The notes below the pieces were generated by a model, which was given only the letters and a program-made list of their open reading frames with translations, did not search any database and was not told the origin of the DNA. A stretch of 62,018 nt of DNA from contig CAYFMW010000005.1 of the NCBI GenBank assembly GCA_964344335.1, positions 1-62,018 on the forward strand. Direction: 5' to 3'. Numbering within the stretch: the first letter of the stretch is position 1; each line of letters starts with the position of its first letter. This DNA is from an uncultured Oscillospiraceae bacterium (GTDB lineage Bacteria > Bacillota > Clostridia > Peptostreptococcales > Anaerovoracaceae). Positions 20,265 to 31,616 of this stretch are shown in pieces. The position numbers and the translations under genes were made by a program.

Positions 20265-21196
20265 AGATATTCACAAAGCTTGAAGATATAAAGGATACGG
20301 GTTTTACGGCTCTTGCGCTGGGTAATTTCGACGGGGTTCATAAGGGGCATCAGAAACTTCTTGCGGAATGCGTCGCAATGGCTGAAGAACTCGATCTTGA
20401 ACCATCCGTATTCACATTTACGAATCATCCGGCCAACGAGATAGCGGGCAGGACCGTGGTCAAGAATATAATGACATTCGAGGAGAAGGCCGCGGAGCTC
20501 GAAGCGGCGGGTATCGAGAATATGTTCTCGATAATATTCGATGAAAATATTCGCAATCTCTCCCCGGTCGATTTCATTAATTTCCTGCTGCAGGACAAAT
20601 TCAGCATGAGACACGCCGTCTGCGGCTTCGACTACAGTTTCGGATACAAGGCGCAGGGAGATGCCAAACTGCTTAAACAATGCGGCATAGAGATGGGCTT
20701 CGGCGTAAGTGTGGTAGCGGCGCTAAAAATTAACGGTGAAATAGTATCCAGCACGCTGATTCGAAGGATTATCGACGAAGGGCGAATAGATGAATATCCC
20801 GCGTACACCGGAAGGCTCTACAGAATAGACGGCAGGGTGGTGGAAGGAAAGCATCTTGGCAGAAGACTGGGATATCCTACCATGAACCTGAGCCTCGACA
20901 GCGACGAGGCCTTCCCGAAGAACGGAGTTTATATAACCAAGACTTATGTAAACCACGAATCGCATCCCTCGATTACAAATGTAGGCAACAAGCCTACGGT
21001 GGGAGAGTTCGCAAAGAACGCCGAAACACATATCTTCGGCTTCAAAGGAGAACTCTACGGACGCGATGTTCGAATCGAATTTATTAAGATGCTTCGCCCC
21101 GAGTTTAAATTTCCAAGCCTTGAAGCTTTGCATAAGCAGATACACAGCGACTGCATCGAGGCGGAGCGATATTTTGAGGAGGAGAGAGAGAAATGA
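20261..21196 (+). CDS. ribF: bifunctional riboflavin kinase/FMN adenylyltransferase
   Basis: GNFDGVHKGHQ motif. The ATG at 20261 overlaps the truB stop (ATGA); the tracked ORF extends further upstream. Confidence 0.92.
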   Translation: MKIFTKLEDIKDTGFTALALGNFDGVHKGHQKLLAECVAMAEELDLEPSVFTFTNHPANEIAGRTVVKNIMTFEEKAAELEAAGIENMFSIIFDENIRNLSPVDFINFLLQDKFSMRHAVCGFDYSFGYKAQGDAKLLKQCGIEMGFGVSVVAALKINGEIVSSTLIRRIIDEGRIDEYPAYTGRLYRIDGRVVEGKHLGRRLGYPTMNLSLDSDEAFPKNGVYITKTYVNHESHPSITNVGNKPTVGEFAKNAETHIFGFKGELYGRDVRIEFIKMLRPEFKFPSLEALHKQIHSDCIEAERYFEEEREK

Positions 21197-21432
21197 TTTA
21201 TGCCAACGGATTTACGATAAACGCGACGGGCAGCGAATGCTTCATAACCTTCCTGCAGACAAGACCCAAGGGCCAAGCGAAGCAGACGGACGAACTGGAG
21301 ACCGTCATAATGAACGAACAGGTCGCCAGGCAGCTGATAGTGGCATTGTCGAAGGTCTACGATAAGGTCGATGCCGACCGCGCAGCTAAGCGCAATCCAC
21401 AGGTGAGCGAAAAGAGCTCGCAGCTGTCTTAG
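21193..21432 (+). CDS. small hypothetical protein, DUF3467-like
   Basis: 79 aa. Its start overlaps the ribF stop (ATGA). The pattern YANGF..SECFITF...VIMNEQVARQLIVALSKVYDK resembles DUF3467 as I recall it. Confidence 0.5.
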   Translation: MIYANGFTINATGSECFITFLQTRPKGQAKQTDELETVIMNEQVARQLIVALSKVYDKVDADRAAKRNPQVSEKSSQLS

Positions 21433-21460
21433 ATGAATAGCTGAGCACTTGCCTAAACGC

Positions 21461-21489
21461 TTTACAAATCGCGCTTCATGTGCTAATAT
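21461..21489 (+). promoter_or_regulatory. sigma-A type promoter for rpsO
   Basis: TTTACA, a 17-nt spacer, then TAATAT with an extended TG. Confidence 0.55.
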
Positions 21490-21577
21490 AACTCGTCAGT
21501 TTATAACTACCTTCCGCTGAGGCAGCCGAGGCTCCGACGCTGTGCTCGGGGAGGGCGAATTTTCAAAGGAGAAGACT

Positions 21578-21844
21578 ATGTTAACAAAGGAAAAAAAGAC
21601 AGAGCTTATTCAGGAGTATGCGACTCACGAAGGTGATACCGGTTCCCCGGAGGTTCAAGTGGCAATTCTCACATACAGAATCAATCACCTTAACGAGCAC
21701 CTGAAAAAGAATCCCAAGGATTTTCACTCCAGAAGAGGTCTGCTGAAGATGGTCGGCCAGAGAAGAAATATGCTCGCTTATCTCAAAGATAAGGATCTTG
21801 AGCGTTACAGGACACTCATCGGCCGTCTGAACTTAAGAAAGTAA
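21578..21844 (+). CDS. rpsO: 30S ribosomal protein S15
   Basis: [30 protein letters not shown]. The ATG at 21578 has a GGAGAAG RBS. Confidence 0.95.
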   Translation: MLTKEKKTELIQEYATHEGDTGSPEVQVAILTYRINHLNEHLKKNPKDFHSRRGLLKMVGQRRNMLAYLKDKDLERYRTLIGRLNLRK

Positions 21845-21854
21845 GTTATTTCTC

Positions 21855-21888
21855 GGGCGGGGCTGACACCCCCGCCTTGTTATTATTC
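21855..21888 (+). terminator. rpsO terminator/attenuator hairpin
   Basis: GGGCGGGG/CCCCGCCT stem with a 7-nt loop, followed by a T-rich tract. Confidence 0.6.
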
Positions 21889-21890
21889 AC

Positions 21891-21958
21891 ATCAGGGGCC
21901 GGGCTTGAGAATTAAATTCATGCCGCTGCATGGGTTTACTTGTCAAGCCGGGCCTGAT
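21891..21958 (+). promoter_or_regulatory. long hairpin in the pnp 5' leader
   Basis: ATCAGG..GCTTGA pairs with TCAAGC..CCTGAT around an inner CATGC/GCATG stem. The position matches the RNase III-processed pnp leader known in other bacteria. Confidence 0.4.
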
Positions 21959-21979
21959 AAAGAAAGGTTAGGTTTTTTA

Positions 21980-24124
21980 ATGGAATTTACTGACTACAGG
22001 ACATTCAGGACTGCCGTCGGAGGCAGACTGCTCGAAGTCGAGATCGGAAAGGTCTGCGAGCAGGCCAACGGCCAGGCTTGGATAAAGTACGGCGATACAG
22101 TCGTAAGTTGTACTGCGACGATGTCCAAAACTCAGAGGGAAGGCATAGATTTCTTCCCGCTCTCCTGCGATTTCGAGGAGAAGATGTATGCCGCGGGAAA
22201 GATTCCCGGGGGATTCATCAAGAGGGAAGGAAGACCCTCCGAGAAGGCGATACTCACTTCAAGGCTTATTGACAGACCGCTTCGCCCGCTTTTTCCTAAA
22301 GGATTTTACAACGATGTACAGATTGTCGCCACATGCATGTCCATGGATAACGACTGTCCGCCGGAGTTCTGCGCTCTGCTTGGTTCTTCGATTTCCATTG
22401 CGATTTCCGATATTCCATGGGACGGTCCCACCGCGGGCGTAATCGTAGGCAGAATCGACGGAAGATTCATCATCAATCCGACTTCGGAGGAAAAGGAAGC
22501 CTCGGATTTGAATATGACCGTTGCGGGCACCAAGGATGCCATAATGATGGTCGAGGCGGGTGCAAACGAGGTCCCCGAGGATGTCATCCTCGATGCAATA
22601 ATGTTTGCGCACGAAGAGATTAAGAAATTGGTCGCCTTCATCGAAGAAATTACTGCGGAAGTAGGCAAGGAAAAGCTTCAGATTGAGCTCTATGAGCCCC
22701 CCGCGGAGATAAACACGGCGGTTCGCGAATATGCCGAACTTAAGATGCGCCAGGCTATATTCACGAAAGACAAGCTTGAAAGAATTGCCAACATGGATGC
22801 CGTAGAGGCCGATACGAAGGCATACTTCGCTGAAATTTTCTCCGATAGAGAAAAGGATGTTAACTCGGTAATCGACGATATAATCAGCGAGCAGGTTCGC
22901 GGAATGATTTTAGACAAGGGAATACGCCCCGACAGCAGGGCGCTCGACGAGATAAGGCCTATATGGTGCGAGACGAGCGTGCTCCCCAGGGTTCACGGAT
23001 CGGGACTCTTTACGAGAGGCCAGACTCAGGTCATATCCGCCACTACCCTTGGAACGATTGCGGAAGGCCAGATTCTCGACGGAATCTTCGAGGAGACCGG
23101 CAAGAGATATATGCATCAGTATAACTTCCCCGGATATTCCACCGGTGAGGCAAGGCCCATGCGCGGCCCGGGAAGAAGAGAGATAGGGCACGGAGCTCTC
23201 GCGGAAAGAGCGCTGATCCCCGTTCTTCCCAGCGAAGAGGAGTTCCCGTACTCGATTCGCGTCGTCTCGGAGGTCCTTTCTTCCAACGGTTCTTCTTCCA
23301 TGGCCTCGGTTTGCGGCTCATGCCTGTCACTTATGGACGCGGGTGTTCCGATTAAAGCTCCGGTAGCCGGCATAGCGATGGGGCTCATAGAGAGGGTCGG
23401 TAAGGACGGAACGAGCGAATATGCGGTCCTCTCCGACATTCAAGGTATCGAAGACTTTATGGGAGATATGGACTTTAAGGTAGCCGGAACCGAAAAGGGC
23501 GTCACCGCCATCCAGATGGATATTAAAGTCCACGGCCTTTCAAGAGAAGTGCTCGAGATGGCGCTCAAGCAGGCCAAGGAAGGCCGCATGCACATAATGG
23601 GCAAGATGCTGCAGGAGCTCCCCGAACCCAGAAAGGAACTCTCCAAGTACGCGCCTCTCATCACCAGCATGATGATAGATCCCGACAAGATAAGGATAGT
23701 CATCGGCAAGGGCGGAGAGACCATCAACGGATTGATCGTCCGCACCGGTGCGAGGATAGATATCGACGATACGGGCCTGATATACATAGCTGCTCCCGAT
23801 ACGGAGTCGGGTGAAGCCGCCCGCAGGGAGATAGAGATGCTCGTAAAGGATGTCGAAGTGGGAGAGACTTACACCGGCAAGGTCGTAAGGATACTCATGG
23901 GGGCCAAGGGCGGCGAACTCGGCGCCTTCGTCAACATACTTCCCGGCAAGGACGGTCTGCTTCATATATCCAAGATATGCAAGCGCAGAATTCCCAATGT
24001 TACGGATATTCTCAATGTGGGAGATACGGTCACCGTCAGGGTCGAAGAGATCGACGACAGAGACAGGATCAACCTTACCAGAAAAGGCCTTGAGGATATT
24101 CCCATAATCAAGGGCGAAGAATAG
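21980..24124 (+). CDS. pnp: polyribonucleotide nucleotidyltransferase (PNPase)
   Basis: Two RNase PH domains plus KH and S1 domains. I chose the ATG at 21980 (MEFTDYRTF..). Confidence 0.96.
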   Translation: MEFTDYRTFRTAVGGRLLEVEIGKVCEQANGQAWIKYGDTVVSCTATMSKTQREGIDFFPLSCDFEEKMYAAGKIPGGFIKREGRPSEKAILTSRLIDRPLRPLFPKGFYNDVQIVATCMSMDNDCPPEFCALLGSSISIAISDIPWDGPTAGVIVGRIDGRFIINPTSEEKEASDLNMTVAGTKDAIMMVEAGANEVPEDVILDAIMFAHEEIKKLVAFIEEITAEVGKEKLQIELYEPPAEINTAVREYAELKMRQAIFTKDKLERIANMDAVEADTKAYFAEIFSDREKDVNSVIDDIISEQVRGMILDKGIRPDSRALDEIRPIWCETSVLPRVHGSGLFTRGQTQVISATTLGTIAEGQILDGIFEETGKRYMHQYNFPGYSTGEARPMRGPGRREIGHGALAERALIPVLPSEEEFPYSIRVVSEVLSSNGSSSMASVCGSCLSLMDAGVPIKAPVAGIAMGLIERVGKDGTSEYAVLSDIQGIEDFMGDMDFKVAGTEKGVTAIQMDIKVHGLSREVLEMALKQAKEGRMHIMGKMLQELPEPRKELSKYAPLITSMMIDPDKIRIVIGKGGETINGLIVRTGARIDIDDTGLIYIAAPDTESGEAARREIEMLVKDVEVGETYTGKVVRILMGAKGGELGAFVNILPGKDGLLHISKICKRRIPNVTDILNVGDTVTVRVEEIDDRDRINLTRKGLEDIPIIKGEE

Positions 24125-24135
24125 TAAAATGAGCG

Positions 24136-24164
24136 GGGGCCTGCTCTTGCAGGCCCCGATTTTT
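24136..24164 (+). terminator. intrinsic terminator after pnp
   Basis: GGGGCCTGC/GCAGGCCCC stem with a TCTT loop, then GATTTTT. Confidence 0.75.
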
Positions 24165-24179
24165 AAAATAGGGCAAAAG

Positions 24180-25430
24180 ATGATAAAATATGAGAAACTG
24201 CCGTGCGGGGTGGGCTTTGTGAGCGAGGAGCTTCCGGAATTCGCCTCTGCACGCCTCGGCATATGGATCGGAGCGGGTTCCGTCTTCGAAAACGAAAATA
24301 ACAGCGGCGTTTCGCACCTCGCGGAACACATGTTTTTTAAAGGAACAAAGAACAGGAGTGCAAAACAGATAGCTCGCGATGCCGACGATCTGGCCGCCAC
24401 CCTCAACGCCTTCACCGGAAAAGAAGGAACTTGTTTTCATATAAAGGTGCTGAGCGACAATCTCCTTAATGCTGCGGAGATATTGCTCGACATGCTCTGC
24501 AATTCCGTCTTCGATCCTTCGGAGCTTTCGAAGGAGAAGGGCGTAATCCTCGAAGAGATGAAGATGATCGAGGACACACCGGACGATCACATTATCGATT
24601 TGATTACTCAGAGGACTCTGGCGGGTACTCCATATGCCGAGTCCGTAATCGGAACGAGGAAGAGTTTACAGAGCATAAATAGGGCGAAGCTCATAGAATA
24701 CATAGACAGCCGCTACACACTCGGGAATATGGTCGTCTCGGTGGCCGGCAATTTCGACGAAAAGGCGCTTAAAAGCCTCGTTGACGAAAAGTTGTCCGAA
24801 TTCGGCGATAAAACCGCGCAAATGCCCGATTTCGCGCCTCCCGGCGGGCGCAGCTTCTCGAGTCTTGTGCGCAATATCGGACAGAGCCATCTGGCCCTCG
24901 GCACACCCGGCGCTGCGATGAATTCGGATATGTACTATGTACAGGCCATAGTCAGCGATATACTGGGAGGAAGCATGAGCTCCAGACTCTTTCAGTCGAT
25001 AAGGGAAGAGCAGGGGCTGGCATATTCCGTTTACAGCGCGCCGCAGAGCTTTTCGAATACCGGGATGTTTTTTATCTACGCCGGTATAAAGGCAGGAACC
25101 GAGGAGAGGGTGTTGCGGGAGATAGAAAATCAGTTGGTCGAGCTGGCCGAAGACGGCATATCCGAAGACGAACTCGACAAAGTAAAGTTGCGCTTTAAGA
25201 GCGCTCAGATATTTTCGATGGAATCGCTCAGCAGCAGGATGTTTCTGATGGGAAGAGACAGGCTGATATACGGACGCAACTACAGCAACGAGGAGATTGT
25301 GGCCGAGATAGAGGCCGTAACGGCGGAGCAGGTTAAGGAATATGCGCGGAGCATAGCTGACTTCGCTACTTACAGTGCGGTCTGCATCAGCAACAAGCGC
25401 GTAAATATAAGGAAGCTGATGGGCGGCTGA
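24180..25430 (+). CDS. M16 family (pitrilysin-like) zinc peptidase
   Basis: HLAEH (HxxEH) motif. I chose the ATG at 24180, downstream of the terminator. Confidence 0.85.
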   Translation: MIKYEKLPCGVGFVSEELPEFASARLGIWIGAGSVFENENNSGVSHLAEHMFFKGTKNRSAKQIARDADDLAATLNAFTGKEGTCFHIKVLSDNLLNAAEILLDMLCNSVFDPSELSKEKGVILEEMKMIEDTPDDHIIDLITQRTLAGTPYAESVIGTRKSLQSINRAKLIEYIDSRYTLGNMVVSVAGNFDEKALKSLVDEKLSEFGDKTAQMPDFAPPGGRSFSSLVRNIGQSHLALGTPGAAMNSDMYYVQAIVSDILGGSMSSRLFQSIREEQGLAYSVYSAPQSFSNTGMFFIYAGIKAGTEERVLREIENQLVELAEDGISEDELDKVKLRFKSAQIFSMESLSSRMFLMGRDRLIYGRNYSNEEIVAEIEAVTAEQVKEYARSIADFATYSAVCISNKRVNIRKLMGG

Positions 25431-25489
25431 TTCCGGGCCGGCAAGTTTTTTATAAAGACTACAGGGTTTGAAAGATGAAAGGAAATCGG

Positions 25490-25993
25490 ATGCTTGCACC
25501 GAGAATTGCAAAATTTGAATTCGTCTCGCGGGAACGCTTTGCTGCCGATTGCAGCGGGATATCCCAGAAAGCCTGCGAGCTTAAATTGCCACTGCGTGCC
25601 ACTTCGGGCAGCGCGGGATACGACCTGATTACTCCATTCGATATCGCGCTGGCTCCGGGCGAGAGCATGCGAGTACCCACGGGACTGCGCTGCCGCATGG
25701 AGAAGGGCTGGGTGATGCTTATCTTTCCGAGGAGCGGACTGGGATTCAGATACAGGATGCAGCTCGACAATACGGTCGGCGTAGTCGACGAGGATTACTA
25801 CGGAGCGGATAACGAAGGACATATAATCGTACAGGTCACAAACGATTCGCGGAGCGGCAAAGAGCTCGAAATAGAGGCGGGAAAAGCTTTTGCGCAGGCT
25901 GTATTTCTTCCTTACGGCATAACGACAGACGACGAGGCGAGTGCCAGGAGGACGGGCGGTCTGGGTTCTACGGACAGGCGAGATGAAAAATGA
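25490..25993 (+). CDS. dut: dUTP diphosphatase
   Basis: GSAGYDL and RSG motifs. The start could be 25475 or 25490; the latter has an AAAGGAAA RBS. Confidence 0.85.
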   Translation: MLAPRIAKFEFVSRERFAADCSGISQKACELKLPLRATSGSAGYDLITPFDIALAPGESMRVPTGLRCRMEKGWVMLIFPRSGLGFRYRMQLDNTVGVVDEDYYGADNEGHIIVQVTNDSRSGKELEIEAGKAFAQAVFLPYGITTDDEASARRTGGLGSTDRRDEK

Positions 25994-27009
25994 TCGGCAG
26001 AGAAGATCTTGAAATCAGAGAGATGGAGACCTTGTCTCCTTATGCGTGTAAATCGGCATTGAGCAAAGGGCGCAGCTTTCCCGAGAAGCCCTGCGCTCTC
26101 CGCACGGATTTTCAGCGCGACCGTGACCGGATAATCCACAGCAAGGCGCTTCGAAGGCTCATGCATAAGACTCAGGTATTTTTGAGCCCCGAGGGGGATC
26201 ATTTCAGGACGAGGCTCACTCACACCCTGGAAGTTGCCCAGATTGCGAAGAGCATATCGCGTGCGCTCAATCTCAACGAGGACCTGACTGAGGCCATAGC
26301 GCTGGGCCACGATCTGGGGCATACGCCCTTCGGGCATAACGGCGAGCAATTTCTGGATGAGATTCATCCCGGGGGCTTCATGCACAATGTCCAGAGCCTT
26401 AGGGTAGTCGATGTTATCGAGAAAAACGAGAACGGCCGCAGCATGAACCTGACCGAGGAAGTGCGCGACGGCATACTCAACCACACCGGGAGGGACTGGC
26501 CCTTCACTTTGGAGGGGCAGGTCGTGCGGCATTCCGACCGCATAGCCTACATCAACCACGATATCGATGATGCCGTAAGGGGCGGAATTATAAGCAAGGA
26601 AGATCTCCCCGCGGAATGCGTCGAGTATCTTGGGAAGGACCACCGCAGCAGAATCAATACTCTTATAAACGATATAGTGAGGACTTCGGACGGAGCGGGC
26701 AGCATAGAGCTGTCCGAGGAAGCCGGAAGATACATGTTTTTGCTCAGGGATTTTATGTTCGAGAATGTGTATAAAAGTCCGGTAGTAAAGAAAAACGCGG
26801 AGCTGGAAAAGATACGCGGGCTTATATATATGCTATACGATTATTTTCTGGAGCGCCCTGAGGAGATGCCGCCGGAATACAGGCAGATAATGGCGGACGA
26901 CGGTGCCGAGGAGGCTGTAAAGGACTACATATCCGGTATGACGGACCGCTACGCCATCAATATGTTCAACGAGAAATTCGTCCCCTCGGGATGGAAGTTG
27001 GAAAAGTAA
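25990..27009 (+). CDS. dGTPase-like HD-domain triphosphohydrolase
   Basis: HTLEVAQIA..GHDLGHTPFGH HD motifs. Its start overlaps the dut stop (ATGA). Confidence 0.85.
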   Translation: MIGREDLEIREMETLSPYACKSALSKGRSFPEKPCALRTDFQRDRDRIIHSKALRRLMHKTQVFLSPEGDHFRTRLTHTLEVAQIAKSISRALNLNEDLTEAIALGHDLGHTPFGHNGEQFLDEIHPGGFMHNVQSLRVVDVIEKNENGRSMNLTEEVRDGILNHTGRDWPFTLEGQVVRHSDRIAYINHDIDDAVRGGIISKEDLPAECVEYLGKDHRSRINTLINDIVRTSDGAGSIELSEEAGRYMFLLRDFMFENVYKSPVVKKNAELEKIRGLIYMLYDYFLERPEEMPPEYRQIMADDGAEEAVKDYISGMTDRYAINMFNEKFVPSGWKLEK

Positions 27010-27057
27010 TGTAAAAGTCCCGCATTTCCTGTATTATATTCGCAAGGGGGTGCCGCG

Positions 27058-28818
27058 ATGGCTTTCAATTCTTTGAGCTCGGCAATTGAAGAGATTAAGC
27101 TCAGGTCGAATATAGTCGATGTGATAAACGCTGTCGTGCCTTTAAAGAAGACCGGCTCGAATTATAAGGCCTGCTGTCCTTTTCACAGGGAAAAGACCCC
27201 TTCCTTCATAGTTTCCGAAGACAAACAGATATTCACCTGCTTCGGATGCGGAGCTACGGGAGATGCCATAGAATTCGTAAAGAAATACTATAATCTGCAA
27301 TTTCCCGATGCGGTAAGAAAGCTGGCGAATCAGTACGGCGTAGAGATAGCGGACAGCTATGCCCGACAAGGGCAAAAGAGGGCTCCGTACTACGCGGCCA
27401 ATCGCATGGCGGCGCGCTTTTTCTTTGACGCCCTGACCGGCAAGGCCAATCCCGGCTACAGCTACATGAAAGGCCGGGGGTTCGAGGATAAAACCCTGGT
27501 TCAGTTCGGAATCGGTTACAGCGACGAGAACTGGCAGAGCCTTACAGATTACATGAAGGCCGCGGGGATTTCCGAGGAGATGCTCACTGAGCTGGGGCTT
27601 TCTTCCAGGCAAGAAAGAAGGGCGAGTCTATACGATTACTTCAGGGGCAGAGTAATGTTCCCGATAATTAATACAGTCGGAAATGTAGTCGGATTCGGTG
27701 GACGCGTCTTAGGTGACGGCGTTCCGAAGTACCTGAACTCCCGCGAGTCCATCGTGTTCGAGAAGAAGCGAAATCTATACGGGCTGAATCTCACCAAGGG
27801 CGATATCAGGGAGAAGGGATTCGCGGTGCTCGTCGAGGGCTATCTGGATGTGATGAGCCTCTACCAGGCGGGGGTGCGGAATGTTGTTGCAACTCTCGGG
27901 ACAGCGTTGACGAGCGAGCAGGCCAAGCTCCTGACGAAATACACGAAGAAGGTAATACTCTGCTACGATGCGGACAGCGCCGGCGTGAATGCTGCGCTCA
28001 GAGGTATCGATGTGCTGCGCGAGGAAGGCGCGGATGTGCGGGTGCTTCATGTCGATGACGGCAAGGATCCGGACGATTACATAAAGAAGCACAGTGCGGA
28101 AGAATTTTACGCACTTATAGACAAAAAGTCGGTTCCGGATGTAGAATATAAAATTAAGCTGATAAAAGTAAAATACGACACCGGGGACATAACTCAGGGC
28201 GTAAAGTTTTTAAAGGCCTGCGCGCAGGTGCTGAGAAAGCTTTCGCCGGTTGAAGCCGACCTGTATATACGGAAAATAGCCGACGACTACGGCGTTTCCG
28301 AGGGCGCGCTTCGAAGAGAAGTCGGCCGCGACGAAGCTCGCGAGCAATCCGGAAAGCCCGCCGGAAGCGATGCCGCTGCATCGCTTAGGCATAATCCCGG
28401 CGATGAGGCTGCAATTTTACTCGAAAAAACATTGCTGAAACTCTGTCTTCAGCAGAGCAAGTTCTGGCCGCGCGCAGCGCAGCGAGAAGATGCTTTTGTA
28501 AGCGAGGGCGGGTTTGAGATAGCAGCCGCGATGAACGAGCTGTACGAAGAAGATTCAATTTTCAGGATGGACGATCTTAAGGAGCGATTGAGCGAAGAAG
28601 CCGCCGCGTATCTCGAGAGCATAGACGAGGATGTGCTCGTCGGATACAGCGAGGAGCAGGCCTTCGAGGATTGTATGGATACGCTCGACAGGCGCCGGGG
28701 GGAGAAACGAATCAAAGAGATAAAGGATATTTTATCCATTGCCAAGGAAGAAGAATCGGAAAAGCTCGAAGCTTTGATTGCGGAGCTTTTCGAGTTGCAG
28801 AAGAAATATATAAAATAG
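27058..28818 (+). CDS. dnaG: DNA primase
   Basis: Zinc ribbon ([17 protein letters not shown]), a TOPRIM domain (EGYLDV) and a C-terminal domain. Confidence 0.95.
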   Translation: MAFNSLSSAIEEIKLRSNIVDVINAVVPLKKTGSNYKACCPFHREKTPSFIVSEDKQIFTCFGCGATGDAIEFVKKYYNLQFPDAVRKLANQYGVEIADSYARQGQKRAPYYAANRMAARFFFDALTGKANPGYSYMKGRGFEDKTLVQFGIGYSDENWQSLTDYMKAAGISEEMLTELGLSSRQERRASLYDYFRGRVMFPIINTVGNVVGFGGRVLGDGVPKYLNSRESIVFEKKRNLYGLNLTKGDIREKGFAVLVEGYLDVMSLYQAGVRNVVATLGTALTSEQAKLLTKYTKKVILCYDADSAGVNAALRGIDVLREEGADVRVLHVDDGKDPDDYIKKHSAEEFYALIDKKSVPDVEYKIKLIKVKYDTGDITQGVKFLKACAQVLRKLSPVEADLYIRKIADDYGVSEGALRREVGRDEAREQSGKPAGSDAAASLRHNPGDEAAILLEKTLLKLCLQQSKFWPRAAQREDAFVSEGGFEIAAAMNELYEEDSIFRMDDLKERLSEEAAAYLESIDEDVLVGYSEEQAFEDCMDTLDRRRGEKRIKEIKDILSIAKEEESEKLEALIAELFELQKKYIK

Positions 28819-28828
28819 AGGGGTGCAG

Positions 28829-30085
28829 ATGAAGAACGAACAGGAAAACAGAAGCTACGAAAAACTGAACCGCATCTTTGTAAATGCCAAGAAATCCGGC
28901 TCCATAACTTTCAGCAAGGTTGAGGACGGCTTTGCGAAGCTCGACATTACTCAGGAAGAAAAGGACGCCTTCTACGACAAGTTGGAGGATTCTGGGATTG
29001 AGGTCACCCATAATGCACCCGGAGAAGAGTTCAATTTGGACAGCCTCGATACCGATGACGAGGCCGAACTCGAGGAGATGGCCAGCGAAGCGGAGAGCGA
29101 GGATGTGGAGGAAGTTCCCAAGGGAGTCTCCGTGGACGACCCGGTGCGCATGTACCTGAAGGAAATCGGAAAGGTGGCGCTTCTGACAGCGGAAGAGGAG
29201 ATGGATCTCGCCCAGCGCATGGAGGTCGGAAGGGATGTGCTCGAGAGGCTCAGAACCCTGGAGGACGAGCTGGAGGACGCTGAGGATGAAGAAGAGAAAG
29301 CCGAACTGCAGGCTTACATCGATGATTTCCGCGAAAAGAATGCGGATGCGATATACAGAGGAAAGGAAGCCAAGGATAAACTCTGCGAGGCGAATTTGAG
29401 GCTCGTCGTGTCCATAGCCAAGAGATATGTGGGAAGAGGCATGCTTTTCCTGGACCTTATTCAGGAAGGAAATCTCGGACTTCTCAAGGCCGTCGATAAG
29501 TTCGACTGGCGCAAGGGTTTCAAATTCTCGACATATGCGACTTGGTGGATAAGGCAGTCCATAACAAGATCCATAGCCGACCAGGCGAGAACAATAAGAA
29601 TTCCCGTCCACATGGTCGAGACGATAAATAAACAGGTAAGGATTACCAGACAACTGCTGCAGGAGCTTGGAAGAGATCCGACTCCCGAGGAGATTGCGGA
29701 AGAAATGGAAATTCCCGTCGAAAAGGTCCGGGAGATTTCCAAGATTGCTCAGGAACCGGTCTCGCTAGAAACTCCGATAGGTGAGGAAGAGGATTCACAT
29801 CTGGGGGACTTTATACCCGACGAAGATGTGCCTTCGCCTGTAGACGCGGCTGCATTTTCGATGCTCAGAGAGCAGCTGAACGAAGTGCTGGCGACGCTCA
29901 CGGACAGGGAGCAGGAGGTGCTTCGCCTCAGGTTCGGACTCGATGACGGCAGGCAGAGAACCCTGGAGGAAGTAGGGCAGCAGTTCAAAGTTACAAGGGA
30001 GCGCATCCGCCAGATAGAGGCAAAGGCCCTCAGGAAGCTGCGCCATCCCAATAGGAGCAAGAGACTGAGAGACTATCTTGAATAA
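28829..30085 (+). CDS. rpoD: primary RNA polymerase sigma factor (sigma-70/SigA)
   Basis: Regions 1.2 to 4.2 are present ([47 protein letters not shown]). It follows dnaG as expected. Confidence 0.96.
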   Translation: MKNEQENRSYEKLNRIFVNAKKSGSITFSKVEDGFAKLDITQEEKDAFYDKLEDSGIEVTHNAPGEEFNLDSLDTDDEAELEEMASEAESEDVEEVPKGVSVDDPVRMYLKEIGKVALLTAEEEMDLAQRMEVGRDVLERLRTLEDELEDAEDEEEKAELQAYIDDFREKNADAIYRGKEAKDKLCEANLRLVVSIAKRYVGRGMLFLDLIQEGNLGLLKAVDKFDWRKGFKFSTYATWWIRQSITRSIADQARTIRIPVHMVETINKQVRITRQLLQELGRDPTPEEIAEEMEIPVEKVREISKIAQEPVSLETPIGEEEDSHLGDFIPDEDVPSPVDAAAFSMLREQLNEVLATLTDREQEVLRLRFGLDDGRQRTLEEVGQQFKVTRERIRQIEAKALRKLRHPNRSKRLRDYLE

Positions 30086-30755
30086 AATCTCCGAACGCCT
30101 CGAAAAGATATCGGAATTGTTAATTGAGGGCAGAAGCATGGCCGACATAGGAAGCGATCATGCCGCTCTGCCCATATTCTGCATCGCTAATAACTTAGTT
30201 CCCAATGTAATTATAACGGACATAAACAGCGGGCCCCTATGCAGGGCGAAGGAGAATGTAGCCTCCGCAAATCTTGAAATGGTGCGTTTCAGTTTTCTGC
30301 AGGGCGACGGATTGAGCCCCCTGCGCGGCCGGGAAGTCGGGAGCGCGGTTATCGCCGGGATGGGCGGAGAGCTGATAGCTTCGATAATCGAGAACGAGCC
30401 CGAGATAGCTTCCGGGATCGAACGCTTCGTGCTGCAACCCAGAAGCAGGTCGGGAGATCTGAGGACGAGGCTTTGGAAGGCCGGATATCGCATAGATTCG
30501 GAACATTTGGCTGAGGAAAACGGGCGCATCTGCGAGATTTTATGCGTTTCCAAGGGGTATCAGGAACCCTACGAAGACCCCGATATTCCAAGGGCGGAAG
30601 GGGCTTTGATGCGAAAATTCTTGGATAAAAGGATTGTTGACATAAATAATATTATCGACAATCTAGAGAATTCTAAAAATCCGGATGCGCTCGAACTTCG
30701 CGAAGCGATGAAATTAAAACTTTTGAGCCTCGAAGAGATAAGAAGGAATCTCTAA
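30078..30755 (+). CDS. trmK: tRNA (adenine22-N1)-methyltransferase TrmK-like
   Basis: [12 protein letters not shown] motif. It sits between rpoD and nif3. TTG start. Confidence 0.75.
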   Translation: MNKISERLEKISELLIEGRSMADIGSDHAALPIFCIANNLVPNVIITDINSGPLCRAKENVASANLEMVRFSFLQGDGLSPLRGREVGSAVIAGMGGELIASIIENEPEIASGIERFVLQPRSRSGDLRTRLWKAGYRIDSEHLAEENGRICEILCVSKGYQEPYEDPDIPRAEGALMRKFLDKRIVDINNIIDNLENSKNPDALELREAMKLKLLSLEEIRRNL

Positions 30756-30770
30756 AGAAAGGGTTTTGAG

Positions 30771-31544
30771 ATGAATAAGTTCGATTTACTTAATGTTTTG
30801 AATGATATTGCTCCCTTGGATCTCCAAGTAAGTTGGGATAATAGCGGAGTGCAGATAGATTTGGGAGAGCAGGAAGTACACAAGGTCTTAACCTGCCTCG
30901 ATGTATGCGACGCTTCCCTTGCTCAGGCCATCGACGAAGGCTGCGACTTTATCGTCTCTCACCATCCGCTGTTATTTAACAATATCAATCGCGTGGACGC
31001 GGATGAGGCGAAGGGCAGATATGTAATCAAATGCATAAAGAACGGCATAAGCGTCTATTCTGCTCATACCTGCTTCGACAAGGCGCCGGGAGGGAATAAC
31101 GAACTATTGCTGGAATTGCTCGATTGCTACGACTGGAATGCGGTAGGGGATGAACAGATTGTCTTTACAGGAATGCTTGCGGAACCTATGCCCCTAAGGG
31201 ACTTCGCAGGAAGAATAAAAGAGGCTTTCGGATGCAGCTTCGTCCGCTTCGGAGGAGACAGCGAGAGGATTATTTACAAGATTGCAGTTTGCAGCGGTTC
31301 CGGAGGAGACTATATCGGCCTTGCAGCTTCGGAGGGCGCCGATTGCTTTATATCCGCAGATTTTAAACATCACGAACTTATGTCGGCCTTGGAACTGGGA
31401 CTCTGCATAGCCGACGCCGGGCACTTCGGCACCGAGCATCAATTTGCCCGCAATATGGGCGAAAAACTCCGCGAGCGCTGCGCAGGCGAACTGGAAGTAG
31501 TAATAGGAGATTACGAGAGCGATCCGCTGCCGATGCTGGTTTAA
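30771..31544 (+). CDS. Nif3-like dinuclear metal centre protein
   Basis: SWDNSG.., SHHPLLF and the C-terminal DAGHF..EH motif. Confidence 0.85.
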   Translation: MNKFDLLNVLNDIAPLDLQVSWDNSGVQIDLGEQEVHKVLTCLDVCDASLAQAIDEGCDFIVSHHPLLFNNINRVDADEAKGRYVIKCIKNGISVYSAHTCFDKAPGGNNELLLELLDCYDWNAVGDEQIVFTGMLAEPMPLRDFAGRIKEAFGCSFVRFGGDSERIIYKIAVCSGSGGDYIGLAASEGADCFISADFKHHELMSALELGLCIADAGHFGTEHQFARNMGEKLRERCAGELEVVIGDYESDPLPMLV

Positions 31545-31556
31545 TACCGCGGCGCA

Positions 31557-31586
31557 TTGGACAATTTATCAAAAGATGTTTATAAT
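31557..31586 (+). promoter_or_regulatory. promoter for rnpB
   Basis: TTGGAC, an 18-nt spacer, then TATAAT. Confidence 0.5.
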
Positions 31587-31616
31587 CAATGCCGCGGAAT
31601 CTTCGTGCGTTTAAAT

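Noticed and set aside
21905-21979. Upstream extension of the pnp ORF
   Set aside because: It runs through the leader hairpin. The conserved PNPase N-terminus begins at the ATG at 21980.
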